A stretch of DNA of 34,022 nt, from NCBI GenBank assembly GCA_013697395.1, contig JACCWY010000414.1, positions 1 to 34,022 on the forward strand, given 5' to 3'. The position numbers were made by a program, and so were the translations under genes. This stretch comes from Chloroflexota bacterium. GTDB lineage: Bacteria; Chloroflexota; Limnocylindria; QHBO01. The notes below the pieces were generated by a model. It had not been told where the DNA came from. It made no database searches and worked only from the letters and a program-made list of their open reading frames with translations. This document shows positions 6,462-16,385 of the stretch, piece after piece. Every line of letters begins with the position of its first letter. The first letter of the stretch is position 1.

Positions 6462-8138
6462 TCAGACGCCCTCCCTGCGCCCGAACCAGTGGTAGCCGTA
6501 CGCCTCGAGCTCTGCCGTGAGCCTGCCGTCGCGGACCCGCGGAGCGTCGGCGTCCCCAGGTCCGAAGATGTGTCGCCAGCGGCCTTGCGCGGCGTCGTCC
6601 GGCAGCGTGACGCTGACCCTCGCCGGCGCGTCGGCGAAGTTGTGAACCGCCAGCACGCTGCCGCCGTCCCACGTCGCCACGTGCGCCAGCGTCGCCGGGC
6701 TGCGCGTGCCGAGCACGCGCCAATCGCCCCACCCGAACTCGGGCCACTCCTTGCGCGTCCGGATCGCCCGCTCCATCCAGTTCAGGAGCGAGCCCGGATC
6801 CCGCTCCTGAGCCTCGACATTGAGGGTTCGGTAGCCGAATGGCCCGTCGCGCAGCGGCCGGCGCGGAACCTTCGACTCGGCGGCGGTCGTGAACCCGCCG
6901 CCGGGACGGTCGGCCCACTGCATCGGCACCCGCACCGCCTCGCGATCGGCCATTCGCTGGTCGTCGCCCAGGCCGATCTCCTCGCCGTAGAACAGGACGG
7001 GTGTGCCCGGCAGGCTGAAGAGGAGGCTGTACGCGAGCTCGAGCCGCGCTCGATTGCCGTCGACCATCGTGGCGAAGCGACGGCGGATGCCCCGATCGAA
7101 GAGCTGCATGCTGGCGTTCGGCCCGAAGGCGGCGAAGACCTCGGCCCGCTCGGCGTCGGTCAGCTTGTCGAGTGAGGCCTCGTCGTGGTTCTTGATGAAG
7201 TTGGCCCATTGCGCCTCGGGCGGCAGCGGCGGCAGCGAGCGCAGCGCATCGGCGACCGGCGTCGCGTCCCCGCGGACGAACGCAAGGTAGAGGGCCTGGT
7301 TGACGATGAAGCTGAAGAGCATGTGCATCTGGTCGCCGTGCTCGCCCACGAAGCGGGTCAGCTTGGCGGCGGGCTCGTTCGCCTCGGCCAGCAGCATCGC
7401 GTCGCCGCGGCGGCGGGTCATGAAGTCGCGCAGGTCGCGCAGGTAGCCGTGCGGATCGGCGACGGCCGGGTTGGAGCCTCCGACCTGCTCGATCAGGAAC
7501 GGCACGGCATCCACGCGAAAGCCGGACAGGCCGAGCTCGAGCCAGAAGCCGATGACCTTGTGGATCTCGTTGCGGACGAGCGGGTTGTTGATGTTGAGGT
7601 CGGGCTGGTGCGGGTAGAAGCGGTGCATGTACCAGCGCCTGGCCGAACGGTCGTAGGACCAGACGCTCTCCTGCTGGCCGGGAAAGATGATCCCCTCGTC
7701 GGCGTTCGGCGGCTTCGCATCGGCCCACACGTAGAAGTCCCGGAAGACCGGATGTCCCCGGCGCGCCGCCTGGAACCACGGGTGATCGATGGAGGTGTGA
7801 TTGACGACGAGATCGGCGATGACGCGGATGCCACGCTCGCGGGCCACGCGTACCAGCTCGACGAGGTCGCCGAGGCTGCCGTACTTGTCCGCCACGCCGT
7901 AGTAGTCGGCCACGTCGTAGCCATAGTCACGTTCCGGCGACGGGTAGATCGGCATGAGCCACAGGCAGGTGACGCCGAGTCCTGCCAGGTAGTCGACCCG
8001 CTGCGTCAGCCCATCCAGGTCGCCGACGCCATCGCCGTCTGCGTCGAGGAACGACTGGACGTCGACGCAGTAGACGACCGCGTTCTTCCACCACAGATCA
8101 CTCGTTGCCTCCAGGCTCATGTCGGGTCGCACCTGCAC
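6462..8138 (-). CDS. GH13 alpha-amylase-family enzyme, trehalose synthase/alpha-glucosidase-like
   Basis: WWKNAVVYCVDVQSFLDADGDGVGDLDGL...CLWLMPIYPSPERDYGYDVADYY. GH13 regions are present: DLVVNHTS, GFRVDAVPF, EANE, FIKNHDE. The start is GTG 8138 or ATG 8120. Confidence 0.9.
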   Translation of the reverse strand: MQVRPDMSLEATSDLWWKNAVVYCVDVQSFLDADGDGVGDLDGLTQRVDYLAGLGVTCLWLMPIYPSPERDYGYDVADYYGVADKYGSLGDLVELVRVARERGIRVIADLVVNHTSIDHPWFQAARRGHPVFRDFYVWADAKPPNADEGIIFPGQQESVWSYDRSARRWYMHRFYPHQPDLNINNPLVRNEIHKVIGFWLELGLSGFRVDAVPFLIEQVGGSNPAVADPHGYLRDLRDFMTRRRGDAMLLAEANEPAAKLTRFVGEHGDQMHMLFSFIVNQALYLAFVRGDATPVADALRSLPPLPPEAQWANFIKNHDEASLDKLTDAERAEVFAAFGPNASMQLFDRGIRRRFATMVDGNRARLELAYSLLFSLPGTPVLFYGEEIGLGDDQRMADREAVRVPMQWADRPGGGFTTAAESKVPRRPLRDGPFGYRTLNVEAQERDPGSLLNWMERAIRTRKEWPEFGWGDWRVLGTRSPATLAHVATWDGGSVLAVHNFADAPARVSVTLPDDAAQGRWRHIFGPGDADAPRVRDGRLTAELEAYGYHWFGRREGV

Positions 8139-8193
8139 GGTTCGTTCCGCGGCGTGCGTCCCGGCCTCAGCGGCCGGCCGCTACGATCGGGGC

Positions 8194-8985
8194 ATGGACC
8201 GACCCGTCACCCTGTCGACGCACGAATGGGCCCCGACCGGCGCCGATGCCGGCGCGGCCGCGCCGGACGCCGTTCTCGTCCACGGCATCACGGGTTGGTG
8301 GCGGACCTGGTGGCGCGTCGGCCCCGCACTGGCTGAACGGGGCTGGCGGGTGATCACCGTCGACCTCCGCGGCCACGGGACGAGCCCACCGATCGACGGG
8401 CTGGCGACCGCCGAGAGCCTGGCCACCGACATCGGGGCGACGCTCGACGCGCTCGGCGTCGGGCCTGTCGACGCGCTCATCGGCCATTCGCTCGGCGCAG
8501 CGGTGGCGATGGAGCTCCTGCATCGGAACCCGGACGTTGCCCGCCGCGTCGTGCTCGAGGACCCGCCCGGACAGACCCGCGCCGACGATGTGGAGTTCCA
8601 GGCCAACCTCGAGCGCGAGGTGCTTGCCGCGCGCCGTGACCCCGAGTCGGAGGTGCGTCGAGAGCTGGACGAGAATCGGGCCTGGCTCGGGGAGGACGCA
8701 AGGCAGGACGTCGAGGGACGAGCGCTGTGCGACCTCGAAGGAATCCTCGCCTCGCTGCGGGCCGACACGGGCGTGCGCCCTGTCGAGCTCGCCTCCGCGC
8801 TCGGCGTCCCCGCGCTCTATCTGATCGCCGACGAGGGGCGCTCGGCACTCGGCGCCGAGCGAGCGCGGCTCATGAGCTCCCTCCCATCGGGCGCCCGGGC
8901 GGTCGAAGTCGCCTCCGGGCATACCATCCACCGAGACCGCTTCGATGCGTATCTGTCCGAGATCGGCCGCTGGATCGAGAGGTGA
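8194..8985 (+). CDS. Alpha/beta-fold hydrolase
   Basis: LVHGITGWWRTW...VDLRGHGTS and the nucleophile elbow GHSLGAAVA. I chose internal ATG 8194 because the track start 8119 would overlap the divergent GH13 start. Confidence 0.85.
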   Translation: MDRPVTLSTHEWAPTGADAGAAAPDAVLVHGITGWWRTWWRVGPALAERGWRVITVDLRGHGTSPPIDGLATAESLATDIGATLDALGVGPVDALIGHSLGAAVAMELLHRNPDVARRVVLEDPPGQTRADDVEFQANLEREVLAARRDPESEVRRELDENRAWLGEDARQDVEGRALCDLEGILASLRADTGVRPVELASALGVPALYLIADEGRSALGAERARLMSSLPSGARAVEVASGHTIHRDRFDAYLSEIGRWIER

Positions 8986-9743
8986 CATCCCTCGACAACG
9001 TGGCGAGCTGGATCGCCGCCGCGCGCTCGGTCGTCGCGTTGACCGGCGCGGGCATCAGCACCGAGTCCGGCATCCCCGACTTCCGTGGCCCGGACGGGCT
9101 CTGGAAGCGCGATCCGCGGGCCGAGCGGCTCAGCAACATCGGCTACTACCTGGCCGACGAGCGGATTCGGCGCGAGTCGTGGCAGCGGCGGGTCGAGCAT
9201 CCGGCGTGGGGCGCACGACCGAATGCCGGCCATCGGGCGCTCGTCGCCCTCGAGCGCGCCGGCCACCTGGACCTGCTGGTGACGCAGAACATCGACGGCC
9301 TGCATCTCGCTGCCGGAGCCGACCCGGATCGGCTCATCGAGATCCATGGCACGATCCGCGAGACGGCCTGCCTGGGCTGCGGCGATCGGCGACCGATGCG
9401 CGAAACCCTCGACCGCGTGCGAGGCGGGGAAGCGGATCCGCCCTGCCTCGCCTGCGGCGGGATCCTCAAGTCGGCAACGGTGAGCTTCGGACAGAACCTT
9501 GATCCCGTCCTGCTGCGTCGTGCGGATGAGGCCGCCACGACCTGTGACCTGTTCCTGGCGATCGGTACGAGCCTGACCGTCTATCCGGTTGCGCGGCTGC
9601 CCGAGATCGCGAAGGAGGTTGGCGCTCGGCTGGTGATCGTCAACGCGGAGCCGACGGCATTCGACCATCGTGCGGACGCCGTGTTGCGCGGGCGAGCCGG
9701 CGAGCTTCTTCCGGCGCTGGTCGAGGGCGCCACGCCCCGGTGA
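8982..9743 (+). CDS. cobB: Sir2-family NAD-dependent protein deacylase
   Basis: ALTGAGISTESGIPDFRGPDGLW, VTQNIDGLH, and the Zn ribbon CLGCG...CLACGG. The GTG start overlaps the hydrolase stop (GTGA). Confidence 0.9.
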   Translation: MTSLDNVASWIAAARSVVALTGAGISTESGIPDFRGPDGLWKRDPRAERLSNIGYYLADERIRRESWQRRVEHPAWGARPNAGHRALVALERAGHLDLLVTQNIDGLHLAAGADPDRLIEIHGTIRETACLGCGDRRPMRETLDRVRGGEADPPCLACGGILKSATVSFGQNLDPVLLRRADEAATTCDLFLAIGTSLTVYPVARLPEIAKEVGARLVIVNAEPTAFDHRADAVLRGRAGELLPALVEGATPR

Positions 9744-9789
9744 GCTGCCCTGGGATCCGGCCGACCCGCCCGGACGCTACGATCCGCCG

Positions 9790-10721
<932 letters not shown>

Positions 10722-10725
<4 letters not shown>

Positions 10726-11576
10726 CCCAGGTCGGCCTCGAAGGCGCTGAGCTCCTCCTCGCTGATCTTGTAGGCGTGCTCGTCGGCCGGGTAGGCGCCC
10801 GAGCGGACCTCGGCTGCGAACGCCTCGAGCCCGCGGCGGATCTCGCTGGCCAGGTCGGCATAGCGCTTGACGAAGCGAGGCGCAGGCCCCTCGTTCACGC
10901 CGAGCAGGTCGTGCCAGACCAGGACCTGCCCGTCGCAGTTGGGACCCGCCCCGATTCCGATGGTCGGGATCGCGAGCGCCTCGGTCACGTGGGCGGCTAC
11001 CTTCGCCGGCACCGCCTCCAGCACGATCGCGAAGGAGCCGGCCGACTCGAGCTCCCGGGCATCGGACACCAGCTGACGGGCCGTCGCCGCCGTCCGGCCC
11101 TGGGCCTTCATGCCGCCGAGCTTGGTCGCCGACTGCGGCGTCAGACCAAGGTGCCCCATGACCGGGATGCCCGCCCCGACGATGGCACGAACGCGCGCCA
11201 GCATCGGCCCTGCTCCTTCGAGCTTGACCGCGTCGGCGCCGGCCTTGACGAGCCGAACCGCGTTGGCCACCGCATCGGCGTCGGAAGCCTGGAAGGACCC
11301 GAACGGCATGTCGCCGATGATCAGCGCGCGCGGCTTCGCGCGCGCCACGGCCGAGGTGAGCATCACGGCCTCGTCCATGCTGACCGGGACGGTGGTCTCG
11401 TAGCCGAGCACGTTGTTGCCGGCCGAGTCGCCCACCAGCAGAAGGTCGACGCCGGCCTCGGAGGCGAGGCGCGCCGAGGGGTGGTCGTAGGCCGTGACCA
11501 TCACGATCTTGGTGCCGGCACGCTTCATGGCGCCGACCTCGGGGAGGGCCATGGCCTCGCGGTGGACATCGGTCAT
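10722..11576 (-). CDS. panB: 3-methyl-2-oxobutanoate hydroxymethyltransferase
   Basis: KIVMVTAYDHPSARLASEAGVDLLLVGDSAGNNVLGYETT...GADAVKLEGG. This is a full-length PanB-like sequence. Confidence 0.95.
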
Positions 11577-11607
11577 GCGCGAAGCGTCCTCTTCGCGAAT
11601 CGGGTTG

Positions 11608-12162
11608 TCAACGCGCCACGGCGTACAGGTCGCGGACGTACCAGATCTCGGTGGCGTGCTCGAGCAGCTCCTTGTTCACCCACCATACGATGTCGAGCAG
11701 CGGCAGCTGAGGGTCGAGTCCGTGCGGGTACGCGCTGCGGCCGACGGTGTCCAGGTCCGCATCGCGCATGGTGCCGATCCCATTGCGCCAGGCGGCCAGG
11801 CCGTCCCGCAGGAACGGGATTGCCTCGGCGGCCGTCATCGGCCAGTCGAGGTCGTCATCGTCGAGGCTGTGCGACCCGACCAGCCAGTCGGCACGCACCA
11901 GGCTGCCGGCCCCGAGGTGGCCGATGGACCATGCGAGGGTGCGGGGCAGCACGGCGTCCGGCGTCGGCGGCAGGCCCCTGGTGTCCGGTCGCGAGCTGCC
12001 TGCTGGTTGGCGCCGCACCGTCAGGACGGTCCGCGCCGGCTCCCACAGCAGCTCCTCGTCCGTGAGCCCGTCGAGGCGTTCGAGCACCTGGTCGCGCATG
12101 TAGTCCCACTGAGCGAGAAGGGGCGCGAGCCGAGGCGGTGCATCGGGGTAGTCGGCAATCAT
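11608..12162 (-). CDS. DinB-family (four-helix bundle, DinB_2-like) protein
   Basis: LAQWDYMRDQVLERLDGLTDEELLWEP...SIGHLGAG...LLEHATEIWYVRDLY. I preferred ATG 12162 over the TTG at 12183. Confidence 0.6.
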   Translation of the reverse strand: MIADYPDAPPRLAPLLAQWDYMRDQVLERLDGLTDEELLWEPARTVLTVRRQPAGSSRPDTRGLPPTPDAVLPRTLAWSIGHLGAGSLVRADWLVGSHSLDDDDLDWPMTAAEAIPFLRDGLAAWRNGIGTMRDADLDTVGRSAYPHGLDPQLPLLDIVWWVNKELLEHATEIWYVRDLYAVAR

Positions 12163-12230
12163 CGCGCCCGATGATCCCACCAAAAGGGGACAGCCTCTCG
12201 TCAGGTTTGCTCCGACGTCGAAGCGCCTGG

Positions 12231-13040
12231 TCAGTGCGCTCCCAATGGGATGTTGTCGATCAGGCGTGTCGTGCCGACGCGCACGGCTGCGGCAAGCGTC
12301 GGCGGATCGAAGTGGGCGACCTGCACGTACTCCACGGTCAGGTCGCCCTCCGCCGGCTCCAGGATCCGGCGAGCCGCGACGACCGGATCATCCCCATTTC
12401 GATGCGCCTCAACCCCAGCCCGGAGCGCCCGCGGCAGAGCGAGGGCGACGTCCCGTTCGGCCGCCGACAGGAACGCATTGCGCGACGACAGCGCCAGGCC
12501 GTCGCGGTCGCGCACCGTCGGCACCGCGACGATCTCCACCGGCAGGTTCAGGTCGCCGACCACCCCCCGGATGACGGCCAGCTGCTGCGCGTCCTTCTGC
12601 CCGAACCAGGCGAGCTGCGGCTGGACGATCGAAAAGAGCTTGGTGCAGACCGTCGCCACGGCACGGAAGTGCCCGGGCCGCGACGCGCCCTCGAGCACGG
12701 TGGCAAGCTCGCCGGGGTCGACTGATGTGTCGAAGCCATCCGGGTAGAGCTCCTCGACCGATGGCGCGAACAGGAGGTCGACTCCCGCCGCCTCCGCCGC
12801 GACCGCGTCCTTCGCCTCGCCGCGCGGGTATCGATTGAGATCGTCGGCGGTGGTGAACTGGCTCGGGTTGACGAACAGGCTGACGACCACGACATCAGAC
12901 GCCTCGCGGGCCGCCCGCATGAGCGCCCGATGACCGTCGTGGAAGGCGCCCATGGTCGGCACCAGGCCGATTCGCTCGCCCCGGCGGCGCGGCCGTGCCA
13001 GCGCCTCGCGCATCTCCGCGACCGTGCGGACGGTCCTCAC
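12231..13040 (-). CDS. panC: Pantoate--beta-alanine ligase
   Basis: GLVPTMGAFHDGHRALMRAA...VVVSLFVNPSQF...FGQKDAQQ. The GTG start overlaps the upstream stop (GTGA). Confidence 0.95.
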   Translation of the reverse strand: MRTVRTVAEMREALARPRRRGERIGLVPTMGAFHDGHRALMRAAREASDVVVVSLFVNPSQFTTADDLNRYPRGEAKDAVAAEAAGVDLLFAPSVEELYPDGFDTSVDPGELATVLEGASRPGHFRAVATVCTKLFSIVQPQLAWFGQKDAQQLAVIRGVVGDLNLPVEIVAVPTVRDRDGLALSSRNAFLSAAERDVALALPRALRAGVEAHRNGDDPVVAARRILEPAEGDLTVEYVQVAHFDPPTLAAAVRVGTTRLIDNIPLGAH

Positions 13041-13711
13041 GGGCGCGTCGCCTCGGCGAGCGCGCGATAGAGCGGCACGAGATCAGGTGCCCGCTCCGCC
13101 AGCACGTCGAGGTGCGCCTCGACCGTGCTCCAGTCGCCGCGCGCAATCGGCCCGGTCAGGTCGAACCGGTTCTCGATCGTGCGTCGCATGAGCGGCACGA
13201 TCGCCTCCTCCGGAGCTCCGACCTCCGTCAGCAGTCGGACGGCAACGTCGTGCAGCGTGACGAGGAAGTTCCCGCCGATCACCGCCGCCGCGTGGTAGAG
13301 CGTGCGATCGCCATCCGCTACCTCGAATGGCCGCAGGCCGATGGTCTCCGCCAGCCATCGGGCGCGCGCGATCGCGCCATCGGTCTCGCCGCTGATGGCG
13401 CCCCAGGCGCCGTCGAGCTGCTCCGGGCCGCGTTCGGGGGTGAGGGTCTGGAGCGGGTGCACGCTGAAGCGCCGCTCGTGCGGGTCGAGCGCTCCCAGGC
13501 GTGTCGCGCCGCTGACGTGGGCGACCCATCGACCGATCGGGACGGCGGACGCGACCTCGCCGATCACCTGGTCCGGGACGCACAGCAGCACCAGCTCCGC
13601 TTCCGGGTGGGGATCACGCCCGTCCGTCACGCGCAGCCCGCGCTCCGCCAGGCGAGCGCGAATGGCGCTCCCGGCCCTGCCGGTCCCGATGACGTGGACC
13701 GCTTCGAACAT
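13037..13711 (-). CDS. Rossmann-fold plus DUF2520-like protein, the usual upstream partner of panC in actinobacterial pan operons
   Basis: VHVIGTGRAGSAI (GxGxxG) at the N-terminus and a C-terminal DRTLYHAAAVIGGNFLVTL...GPIARGD. ATG 13711 was chosen. The longer track ORF upstream has Arg/Ser-rich shadow composition. Confidence 0.75.
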   Translation of the reverse strand: MFEAVHVIGTGRAGSAIRARLAERGLRVTDGRDPHPEAELVLLCVPDQVIGEVASAVPIGRWVAHVSGATRLGALDPHERRFSVHPLQTLTPERGPEQLDGAWGAISGETDGAIARARWLAETIGLRPFEVADGDRTLYHAAAVIGGNFLVTLHDVAVRLLTEVGAPEEAIVPLMRRTIENRFDLTGPIARGDWSTVEAHLDVLAERAPDLVPLYRALAEATRP

Positions 13712-13781
13712 GGCTCGCAGTCTAGGCACCGCCGCCGCGTCAGGAAATGGGCCGGTGCTGAGCCTGGTTGATGAAGCCCGA

Positions 13782-15248
13782 TCAGGAGTCGGTGCGTTCC
13801 CACTCCGACTGGCGCGGACGGCCCATCGCCTCCCAGGCCTCGACCTCCCCGCCGAGTCGCAGCGCGTGGACGACCTGCCGTGCGGCGAGTGCCACGATCG
13901 AGGTGAAGGTCGGGTACGCCAGCTCGATCTCGGCCAGGCGCTCCACGGGCATCTCAGCTGCCATTGCGGTCGCGGCGATCTGGACGACCTCGACCGCCTG
14001 CTCGCCGATGACGTGCGCGCCGACGACGCGCCGCGTGTTGCGGTCGACGACGAGCTTGCAGAATCCATCGGTGCGCCGATCAATGACCGCACGGTCCAGG
14101 TCGAGGTACGGAACCACGCCGACGACGACCTCGCCGGCAGCCCTGGCCGCAGCCTCGGTCAGGCCGACGCTCCCGTATTCCGGATCGGTGAAGCCGCCGT
14201 GGGCGACGATCGTGTGCCGAACCTTGCCTCCCCCCGTCCCGAGCGCGTTCTCGGCCGCGATCCGGCCCTCGTAGGTGGCGCTCTGGACCAGCATCATGCG
14301 ACCGGTGATGTCGCCGGCCGCCCAGATCGTGTCGGCCGACGTGCGCAGCGTGTCGTCGACGGTCACATAGCCACGCTCCGTCGCCACGCCGGCTTCGGCG
14401 AGCCCAAGCTCCTCGACATTGCCGGGCCAGCCGACGGCGAGCATGATCGTATCGGCCGTCATGGTGCGCTGCTCATCGCCCTGCCGATAGGTCAGCCGCA
14501 GGCCCCGACCATCCCGCTCGATCCGCTCGACGCCGGCGATGCCGGTGACGACGTCGATTCCGTTCGCCGCGAAGGCAGCCGCCAGCGCGAATGCCATGTC
14601 CTCGTCCTCGGCGGGGATGATCCGCGGAGCCAGCTCCAGCAGGGTTACCCGAGTGCCGAACGCGGCGAAGATCGACGCCAGCTGCGCGCCGGTCGCCGCG
14701 GCACCCACGATGGCGAGCGACCGCGGGAGCTCGCGCATCGTCCACACGTCGCCATGCGTGATGGCCAGCTCGCTGCCGGGGAACGGCAGCCGGCGGGCGT
14801 GTCCGCCACACGCCACGATGAACCGCTCTGCGTCCAGCTCCGTGCCATCGCCAACGGCGACGCGCCACGCATCGGTGAAGCGGGCCGGCCCGCGTCCGGC
14901 CAGGAGAAGGATCCCCGCTCGCTCGAGATGGCTCACGAGCTGCTTTTTCTCGTGGAGCTCGTACACCGTGCGCTGGGTGGCTGCCAGGAGTTCGCGCAGG
15001 TCGAGCGACGGGCGAGGCGAGCTCAGCCCGTAGTCGGCCAGCTGCTCCGAGTCGCGGACCAGCCGCGCCGCCCTGGCGAGGACGCGCGTCGGGGCGCAGC
15101 CGTCATCGGTGCAGGTCCCCCCGGGCCGATCGCGTTCCACGAGCGCCACCCGGGCTCCGAGCTCAGCCGCACGCAGCGCGGCCGTCACGCCGGCCGGGCC
15201 GCCCCCAATCACGGCCAGGTCGAAGGTGCGTCCGGTTCGCGCGCTCAT
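13782..15248 (-). CDS. Class I pyridine-nucleotide disulfide oxidoreductase (FAD/NAD(P)) with atypical active-site residues
   Basis: FDLAVIGGGPAGVTAA (FAD), the redox pair GGTCTDDGCAPT, a second Rossmann LAIVGAAATGAQLA, AAGDITG, and a dimerisation domain with ELAYPTFTS where HPT(L/S)SE is usual. ATG 15248. Confidence 0.85.
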   Translation of the reverse strand: MSARTGRTFDLAVIGGGPAGVTAALRAAELGARVALVERDRPGGTCTDDGCAPTRVLARAARLVRDSEQLADYGLSSPRPSLDLRELLAATQRTVYELHEKKQLVSHLERAGILLLAGRGPARFTDAWRVAVGDGTELDAERFIVACGGHARRLPFPGSELAITHGDVWTMRELPRSLAIVGAAATGAQLASIFAAFGTRVTLLELAPRIIPAEDEDMAFALAAAFAANGIDVVTGIAGVERIERDGRGLRLTYRQGDEQRTMTADTIMLAVGWPGNVEELGLAEAGVATERGYVTVDDTLRTSADTIWAAGDITGRMMLVQSATYEGRIAAENALGTGGGKVRHTIVAHGGFTDPEYGSVGLTEAAARAAGEVVVGVVPYLDLDRAVIDRRTDGFCKLVVDRNTRRVVGAHVIGEQAVEVVQIAATAMAAEMPVERLAEIELAYPTFTSIVALAARQVVHALRLGGEVEAWEAMGRPRQSEWERTDS

Positions 15249-15289
15249 CGGCGTGATGGTAAGGCGCGCGCGTCGGGCATGATCATGGT

Positions 15290-16042
15290 GTGACCGGCGG
15301 CCCAGTCCTTCTTGTTGGTGGCAACGAGTTCCTGCCCGGCAACGAGCCGCACGACCTGCGCTTCGCGGCGGCGGCCGCCGACGGGCGGACGTACCTGATC
15401 GCCGCCGCCGCGGCGCGGCAGGATCCGGATCGTGCCGTCCGTACGGCATCCCGGTGGTTCGGGGCGCTCGGCCTCGAGGTCGAGGAGCTGCCGCTCCGGA
15501 CCCGACGCCAGGCGAACGATCCGAAGATCGCGGCCGCCGCGGCTGGTGGCCGGGCCTTCTACCTGTGCGGCGGCGATCCGGGGCTGGTGGTGGCGACGCT
15601 TCGTGATACGGCTGCGTGGGACGCCATCGTGGCCGCCTGGCGCCGCGGCGCGGCTATAGCCGGTTCCTCGGCCGGTGCCATGGCACTCGGCCAGTGGACG
15701 CTGCTCCGTGCCAGGCGGCCCGGCGACCGTGACCGGCGGTATGCCCCCGCGCTGGGCCTGGTTCCCGCTGTCGTCGTCGTCCCGCACCTCGACGAGTTCG
15801 GCAAGTCGTGGCTCCCCTCGGCCGCCGATGGCCGACCCGACCCGGACACGATCATTGTTGGGATCGATGCCCGCACGGCCGCCGTCTGGTGGCCGGGACG
15901 AGGGCGCGGATGGAGCGCCATGGGCATCGGCGCCGTCGAGATCGTCACGCCAAATGCCCGGCGGCGCGTGGCCGCCGGGCATCGAGTCACGGGCCTTCGG
16001 AGACCGAACCCGATCAGGCGTCCGGGAACGTCACCTCGATGA
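15290..16042 (+). CDS. Peptidase S51 / class I glutamine-amidotransferase-like protein (cyanophycinase/peptidase E-like)
   Basis: VLLVGGNEF..., FYLCGGDPG, IAGSSAGAMALG (nucleophile Ser context). GTG start. The 3' end overlaps the convergent DDN gene by 29 nt. Confidence 0.65.
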   Translation: MTGGPVLLVGGNEFLPGNEPHDLRFAAAAADGRTYLIAAAAARQDPDRAVRTASRWFGALGLEVEELPLRTRRQANDPKIAAAAAGGRAFYLCGGDPGLVVATLRDTAAWDAIVAAWRRGAAIAGSSAGAMALGQWTLLRARRPGDRDRRYAPALGLVPAVVVVPHLDEFGKSWLPSAADGRPDPDTIIVGIDARTAAVWWPGRGRGWSAMGIGAVEIVTPNARRRVAAGHRVTGLRRPNPIRRPGTSPR

Positions 16043-16385
16043 GCGGCGAGGACACGACCATCAGCGCGGTGTCGTAGCCCCAGCCCACCGAGATGGGACC
16101 GAGGACTCGCTCCCGCTCTGCCCGGTCGGTGATGACCCGTGCCGTCGCCGGCAGGTCGGCGACGAAGCCCTGCTTGAGATGGAAGGTCATGTGCGGGTTC
16201 GCCCGCAGGTTGGCGATCCAGCCACGTGGCCAGCCAGGCCGGCCGCTGATGTAGATCCGGCCGTCGATGTTGTGGAAGACGAGCTCGATCCGCCTCGGCC
16301 GGCCGCTCTTGCGACCGGTGGTGGTGATATCGATGCGGTGGCCCCGCTGAAGGGCCCTCCGCACGCGATCATCGGCGGCGATCAC
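16014..16385 (-). CDS. Deazaflavin (F420H2)-dependent nitroreductase-family (DDN/PNPOx-like) protein
   Basis: ITTTGRKSGRPRRIELVFHNIDGRIYISG...GWIANLRANP is characteristic of the DDN family. The start overlaps the htrA-like stop by 4 nt. Confidence 0.8.
   Translation of the reverse strand: MIAADDRVRRALQRGHRIDITTTGRKSGRPRRIELVFHNIDGRIYISGRPGWPRGWIANLRANPHMTFHLKQGFVADLPATARVITDRAERERVLGPISVGWGYDTALMVVSSPLIEVTFPDA

Noticed and set aside
5689-7779. Very long alternative-frame or antisense ORFs (for example 5689..7779 -, 10485..12065 +, 13302..15293 +, 1083..2186 +, 26065..27429 -, 33026..33973 -).
   Set aside because: They have Arg/Pro/Ala/Gly-rich low-complexity translations. They lie in shadow frames of genes with clear family motifs. 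This is the expected artefact of about 70% GC DNA.
8982-9743. SIR2-domain protein as a possible anti-phage defence component.
   Set aside because: It has a canonical CobB-type sequence with an intact CxxC...CxxC Zn ribbon and normal size (253 aa). There are no fused or adjacent sensor or effector genes, and the neighbours are housekeeping.
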